This document shows positions 63,477 through 64,000 of a stretch of 64,000 nt of DNA, piece by piece. The notes under the pieces are model-generated. The model saw nothing but the letters and a program-made list of their open reading frames with translations. It had not been told where the DNA came from and ran no database searches. A program made the translations under genes and the position numbers. The stretch lies in the sequence record NC_049849.1. One strand, written 5' to 3'. Every line of letters begins with the position of its first letter. Positions within the stretch are counted from its first letter, which is position 1.

Positions 63477-63986
63477 TTAGATTTCCAGAGCGCCCGCATC
63501 ACGAACTTGATTGACCTTCAAGCGCTTAACTTCGCGCTGCAGTTCTTCCAGGTTCGTAATCACCACACCGGCTTGCTGAATCTTCTTCATCATAGCCAGC
63601 AGCTTTTCCTTCGTCAGTGCGTAGTAGCACATCGTAGGATCAGACTTGTACCAGGTGACGCCAGGCGCTCTGACCTTGATGGCCTTGAGCGTACCGACTT
63701 GACCACGAATCGGCAGAGCCAGATACACCTCGCCGTTTTCCAGAATCGGATAGGGCTTGATGACCTTGGTGTCAGTCGACGGCTTGTGCTCCATGCGGTA
63801 GAAGTTGCGCAGCTGATTGCGATTAGCCAACTTGAAGGTCAACGAGCTTCTGCCCATCTTACCTTCCTTCATCAGATTGTAGATGCCCAACAGTGCTTGC
63901 ATTTCGTTGGTCATCAGCGGATCAGGAACAAAGCCAGCCTCGTTCCATTTCGTAATCTGCTTCTTCAGTCGCAGCGGCGTTTCCAT
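63477..63986 (-). CDS. hypothetical basic protein (may extend beyond the window)
   Basis: 169-aa ORF near the window edge. Confidence 0.6.
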   Translation of the reverse strand: METPLRLKKQITKWNEAGFVPDPLMTNEMQALLGIYNLMKEGKMGRSSLTFKLANRNQLRNFYRMEHKPSTDTKVIKPYPILENGEVYLALPIRGQVGTLKAIKVRAPGVTWYKSDPTMCYYALTKEKLLAMMKKIQQAGVVITNLEELQREVKRLKVNQVRDAGALEI

Positions 63987-64000
63987 GTGGGCGTAGAAGT

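Noticed and set aside
1-64000. tRNA, rRNA, introns, inteins and homing endonucleases
   Set aside because: No cloverleaf or T-loop in the few intergenic gaps, no HNH/LAGLIDADG/GIY-YIG or intein motifs recognised, and the ligase, topoisomerase and MCP frames are uninterrupted. A tRNAscan/Infernal run would be the definitive check.

Overview
This window is 64 kb of a large lytic myovirus (jumbo-phage-like) genome with GC in the mid-50s % by eye. No tRNA, rRNA, CRISPR array, integrase or transposase was seen. Positions 1-49,959 are a dense + strand array of about 105 mostly small genes. Recognisable products there are an NAD-dependent DNA ligase, a type IB topoisomerase, dCMP deaminase, a Nudix hydrolase, separate PNK-like kinase and phosphatase, and PC4-like and NrdR-like proteins. 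A bidirectional terminator at about 50.0 kb separates this arm from a - strand morphogenesis block: prohead protease, scaffold, major capsid, sheath and T4 gp19-like tube, plus a GNAT-domain protein and a T4 57B/Acb1-like 2H phosphoesterase. The best candidate for an undescribed system is the cassette at 10.4-15.9 kb. It encodes a PspA-like protein, a TAXI solute-binding protein, homospermidine synthase, a DUF1190-like lipoprotein ending in Gly-Gly, a glutathionylspermidine-synthetase-like ligase and DUF350, and looks like a phage version of the bacterial yjfJ-L-M-C locus with its own polyamine supply. Non-coding signals read from the sequence include a duplicated ~120-nt covarying hairpin/promoter element (24.6 and 33.2 kb), a TCTGTG motif at 11 gene starts or leaders, a TCGTAAATA promoter-like motif, an AATTTnATA late-promoter-like motif, and a mutually exclusive terminator/antiterminator at 57.5 kb. 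All protein-family calls come from motif recognition by eye; no database search was run.
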